Source: Malacoraja senta (Eukaryota). From it: DNA of 64,000 nucleotides. The position numbers and the translations under genes are program-made. The notes beneath the pieces were generated by a model. It did not search any database. It saw only the letters and a program-made list of their open reading frames with translations, and was not told the origin of the DNA. How positions within the stretch are numbered: the first letter of the stretch is position 1; every line of letters begins with the position of its first letter. Below are positions 60,379-64,000 of this stretch, one piece after another. The stretch is from the NCBI GenBank assembly GCA_038087875.1, contig JAXLNO010000478.1, positions 62,001 through 126,000 of the forward strand. The letters run 5' to 3'.

Positions 60379-63204
60379 TTGGGGGGAGGGACTCAAATTG
60401 GGAAAGCTAGCAGTCAGTGTGTGAGGCAGGAGGCAGAGAATGGAAGCACTCTGACCCAAAATGTAGGGGAGAGAGAAGAAAAAGACAATAAACAGAGAAT
60501 AAGAGAGGGTGGGTTTCTTAAATGTGTATATTTTAATGCTAGGAGCATTGTAAGAAAGGTGGATGAACTTAAAGCCTGGATTGACACCTGGAAGTATGAT
60601 GTTGTGGCGATCAGTGAAACATGGTTGCAGGAGGGCTGTGATTGGAAACTAAATATTCCAGGATTTCGTTGCTTCAGGTGTGATAGAATTTGAGGGGCAA
60701 GAGGTGGAGGTGTTGCATTGCTTATCAGGGAAGATATTACAGCAGTGCTTTGGCAGGATAGATTAGAGGGCTCTTCTAGGGAGGCTATTTGGGTGGAACT
60801 GAGAAATGGGAAAGGGGTAGCAACACTCATAGGGGTGTATTATAGTCCGCCAAATGGGGAGCGAGAATTGGAGGAGCAAATATGTAAGGAGATTGCAGAT
60901 ATCAGTAGTAAGCACAAGGTAGTGATTGTGGGAGATTTCAATTTTCCACACATAGACTGGGAAACACATTCTGTAAATGGGCTGGATAGGTTGGAGTTTG
61001 TAAAATGTGTGCAGGATAGTTTTTTGCAGCAATACATAGAAGTACCTACTAGAGAAGGGGCGGTGCTGGACCTTCTGTTAGGAAATGAGACGGGTCAGGT
61101 GGCAGAGGTATGCGTTGGGGAACAGTTCGGTGATCACAATACCATTAGTTTCAATATAATTATGGAGAGGGTCAGAACTGGACCTAGGGTTGAGATTTTT
61201 GATTGGAGAAAGGCTAACTTTGAGGAGATGCGAAAGGATTTAAAAGGAGTAAATTGGGACAGTTTGTTTTATGGGAAAGATGTGGAAGAGAAATGGAGGA
61301 CATTTAAAGGTGAAATTTTAAGAGTACAGAATCTTTATGTCCCTGTTCGGTTGAAAGGAAATAGTAAAAATTGGAAAGAGCCATGGTTTTCAAGGGAAAT
61401 TCGACACTTAGTTCGGAAAAAGAGAGAGATCTACAATAATTATAGGCAGCATGGAGTAAATGAGGTGCTTGAGGAGTATAAAAAATGTAAAAAGTGTCTT
61501 AAGAAAGAAATTAGAAAAGCTAAAAGAAGATATGAGGTTGCTTTGGCAAGTAAGGTGAAAGTAAATCCAAAGGGTTTCTACAGCTATATTAATAGCAAAA
61601 GGATAACGAGGGATAAAATTGGTCCATTAGAGAGTCAGAGTGGACAGGTATCTGCAGAGCCAAAAGAGATGGGGGAGATATTGAAGTAATGACACTTTTG
61701 AGAAATATAAAAGTGGATAAGTCTCCACAGGATATTCCCTAGGACATTGAGGGAAGTTAGTGTAGAAATAGCAGGGGCTATGACAGAAATATTTCAAATG
61801 TCATTGGAAACGGCAATAGTGCCGGAGGATTGGCGTACTGCGCATGTTATTCCATTGTTTAAAAAGGGGTCTAAGAGTAAACCTAGCAATTATAGACCTG
61901 TTAGTTTGACGTCAGTGGTGGGCAAATTAATGGAAAGGATACTTAGAGATAATATATATAAGCATCTGGATAAACAGGGGCTGATTAGGAACAGTCAACA
62001 TGGATTTGTGCCTGGAAGGTCATGTTTGACTAACCTTCTTGAATTTTTTGAAGAGGTTACTCGGGAAATTGATGAGGGTAAAGCCGTGGATGTTTTATAT
62101 ATGGACTTCAGTAAGGCCTTTGACAAGGTTCCTCACGGAAGGTTGGTTAAGAAGGTTCAATGGTTGGGTATTAATGGTGGAGTAGCAAGATGGATTCAAC
62201 AGTGGCTGAATGGGAGATGCCAGAGAGTAATGGTGGATGGTTGTTTGTCAGGTTGGAGGCCAGTGACTAGTGGGGTGCCACAGGGATCTGTGTTGGGTCC
62301 ACTGTTGTTTGTCATGTACATCAATGATCTGGATGATGGTGTGGTAAATTGGATTAGTAAGTATGCAGATGATACTAAGATAGGTGGGGCTGTGGATAAT
62401 GAAGTAGATTTTCAAAGTCTACAGAGAGATTTATGCCAGTTGGAAGAGTGGGCTGAAAGATGGCAGATGGAGTTTAATGCTGACAAGTGTGAGGTGCTAC
62501 ATCTTGGCAGGACAAATCAAAATAGGACGTACATGGTAAATGGTAGGGAATTGAAGAATGCAGGTGAACAGAGGGATCTTGGAATAACTGTGCACAGTTC
62601 CCTGAAAGTGGAATCTCATGTAGATAGGGTGGTAAAGAAAGCTTTTAGTGTGCTGGCTTTTATAAATCAGAGCATTGAGTATAGAAGTTGGGATGTAATG
62701 TTAAAATTGTACAAGGCATTGGTGAGGCCAATTCTGGAGTATGGTGTACAATTTTGGTCGCCTAATTATAGGAAGGATGTCAACAAAATAGAGAGAGTAC
62801 AGAGGAGATTTACTAGAATGTTGCCTGGGTTTCAGCAACTAAGTTACAGAGAAAGGTTGAACAAGTTAGGGCTTTATTCTTTGGAGCGCAGAAGGTTAAG
62901 GGGGGACTTGATAGAGGTCTTTAAAATGATGAGAGGGATAGACAGAGTTGACGTGGATAAGCTTTTCCCACTGAGAGTAGGGCAGATTCAAACAAGGGGA
63001 CATGACTTGAGAATTAAGGGACAGAAGTTTAGGGGTAACATGAGGGGGAACTTCTTTACTCAGAGAGTGGTGGCTGTGTGGAATGAGCTTCCAGTGAAGG
63101 TGGTGGAGGCAGGTTCGTTTTTATCATTTAAAAATAAATTGGATAGTTATATGGATGGGAAAGGAATGGAGGGTTATGGTCTGAGCGCAGGTATATGGGA
63201 CTAG
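60379..63204 (+). pseudogene. ORF2: CR1 ORF2 (APE endonuclease and reverse transcriptase), disrupted
   Basis: YFNARS, SETW, GDFN, DH, NYRPVSL, DFSKAFD, GVPQGSVLGP, YADD, RRRLRGDLI. Nonsense TGA at 60691-60693 and two deletions/frameshifts near 61685 and 61727. The true start is uncertain. Confidence 0.93.
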
Positions 63205-63310
63205 GGGAGAATACGTGTTCGGCACGGACTAGAAGGGTCGAGATGGCCTGTTTCCGTGCTGTAATTGTTATATAGTTCGAGCTTCAGTCAGATTCCCTTG
63301 CTGGACCAAT

Positions 63311-63712
63311 TTACCCTTTCAAAAATTCAATAAATGGAGACCATATTCGAACAATTAATTCTTGTTTGTCAATTAAGACAAGGCTAGTTCTTTCCAAATG
63401 TAAGGTCTCCGACATTTCCATAATCCACATTTTAATTTTGGGGGTTATAGGACCTTTCCAAAATTTTAATATTAATTTTACCCAGTTATTATACTATAAT
63501 CAAGAAAGTTTCTTTGGCTTGTTGTAAGTCTTAGGCTTTGTTCCGATATTCCTAATATTATTAGTTTTGAGTCGGGATCCAATTGGGTATTGGCAACTTC
63601 AGAAATTATTCTAAAAATATCCGTCCAGAAATTTTTGATTTTTATACAGTTTACAAAGGTATGAGTTAAGTTAGCCTCTAAATGCTGACATTTATCACAA
63701 ATAGGAGACATA
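63311..63712 (-). pseudogene. ORF2: L1 ORF2 C-terminal fragment (third L1)
   Basis: SPICDKCQHLEANLTHTFVNC...KLILKFWK...ETLHLE...WSPFIEFLKG* aligns by eye with the C-terminus of the ORF2 at 37852-41643; disrupted near 63478. Confidence 0.88.
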
Positions 63713-63715
63713 TAT

Positions 63716-64000
63716 CAGGGCTCTCGCTTAACTTTTTCCCCCTGTTGCCAGCCGGGCAACCTTGGCAGCTTTATAGGTTGCCAAATGACAGTTTAGGTGG
63801 TCATTTAAGACGGCTTGCATGACGCGTGCGATAATGTGCTCAGACGAAGTGCATAGTTACCAGTTGGAATTATACTCAATGAAGCATTCACATATTATTT
63901 CTGCTTCAAATAAAGTCACAAACTAAACATATTCACCAATCAAGACATGATACATCCCACAATGACACGCAGCAAAATTATAAGGCTCTTTTTCACAACT
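63716..64000. mobile_element. Possible DNA transposon (hAT-like) end
   Basis: L1 homology stops and the sequence begins CAGGGCTCTC, a hAT-like terminus, followed by short GTTGCC/GGCAAC inverted motifs. The other end is not visible. Confidence 0.25.

Larger units (their letters stand above)
58832..63272 (+). mobile_element. CR1-clade LINE, near full length, decayed
   Basis: ORF1 with zinc finger/leucine zipper and SGNH esterase, ORF2 with EN and RT, short 3' UTR with a terminal hairpin (GCACGGA...TCCGTGC). Confidence 0.92.

Overview
Eukaryotic repeat-dense DNA with no recognisable host gene. The repeat families resemble those of cartilaginous fish (skate/ray/shark); that assignment is inference. 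From left to right: (1) a 16.5 kb tandem array of ~640 bp units, each built from a pyrimidine-rich arm and a purine-rich arm that are reverse complements, so the array is a chain of palindromes; (2) a short AT-rich and CT-rich spacer; (3) ~25 kb of (GAGT)n-GTGGCCGGT minisatellite with kb-scale duplications, interrupted by an intact full-length L1-clade LINE (15 bp TSD) and by a defective Gypsy LTR element that contains an inverted copy of its own LTR; (4) a second L1 with a twin-priming 5' inversion that ends the minisatellite; (5) short Penelope-like repeats with degenerate hammerhead motifs; (6) a near full-length decayed CR1 LINE with 79 bp 5' monomers, apparently nested in the 3' fragment of a third L1. 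The best candidates for new biology are the L1 inter-ORF region (a duplicated structured RNA module plus a small transmembrane ORF overlapping the ORF2 start), the double-pivot palindromic satellite, and the TSD-less inverted LTR retaining PPT bases. Nearly all ORFs called in 1-35 kb and in the minisatellite are low-complexity artefacts.
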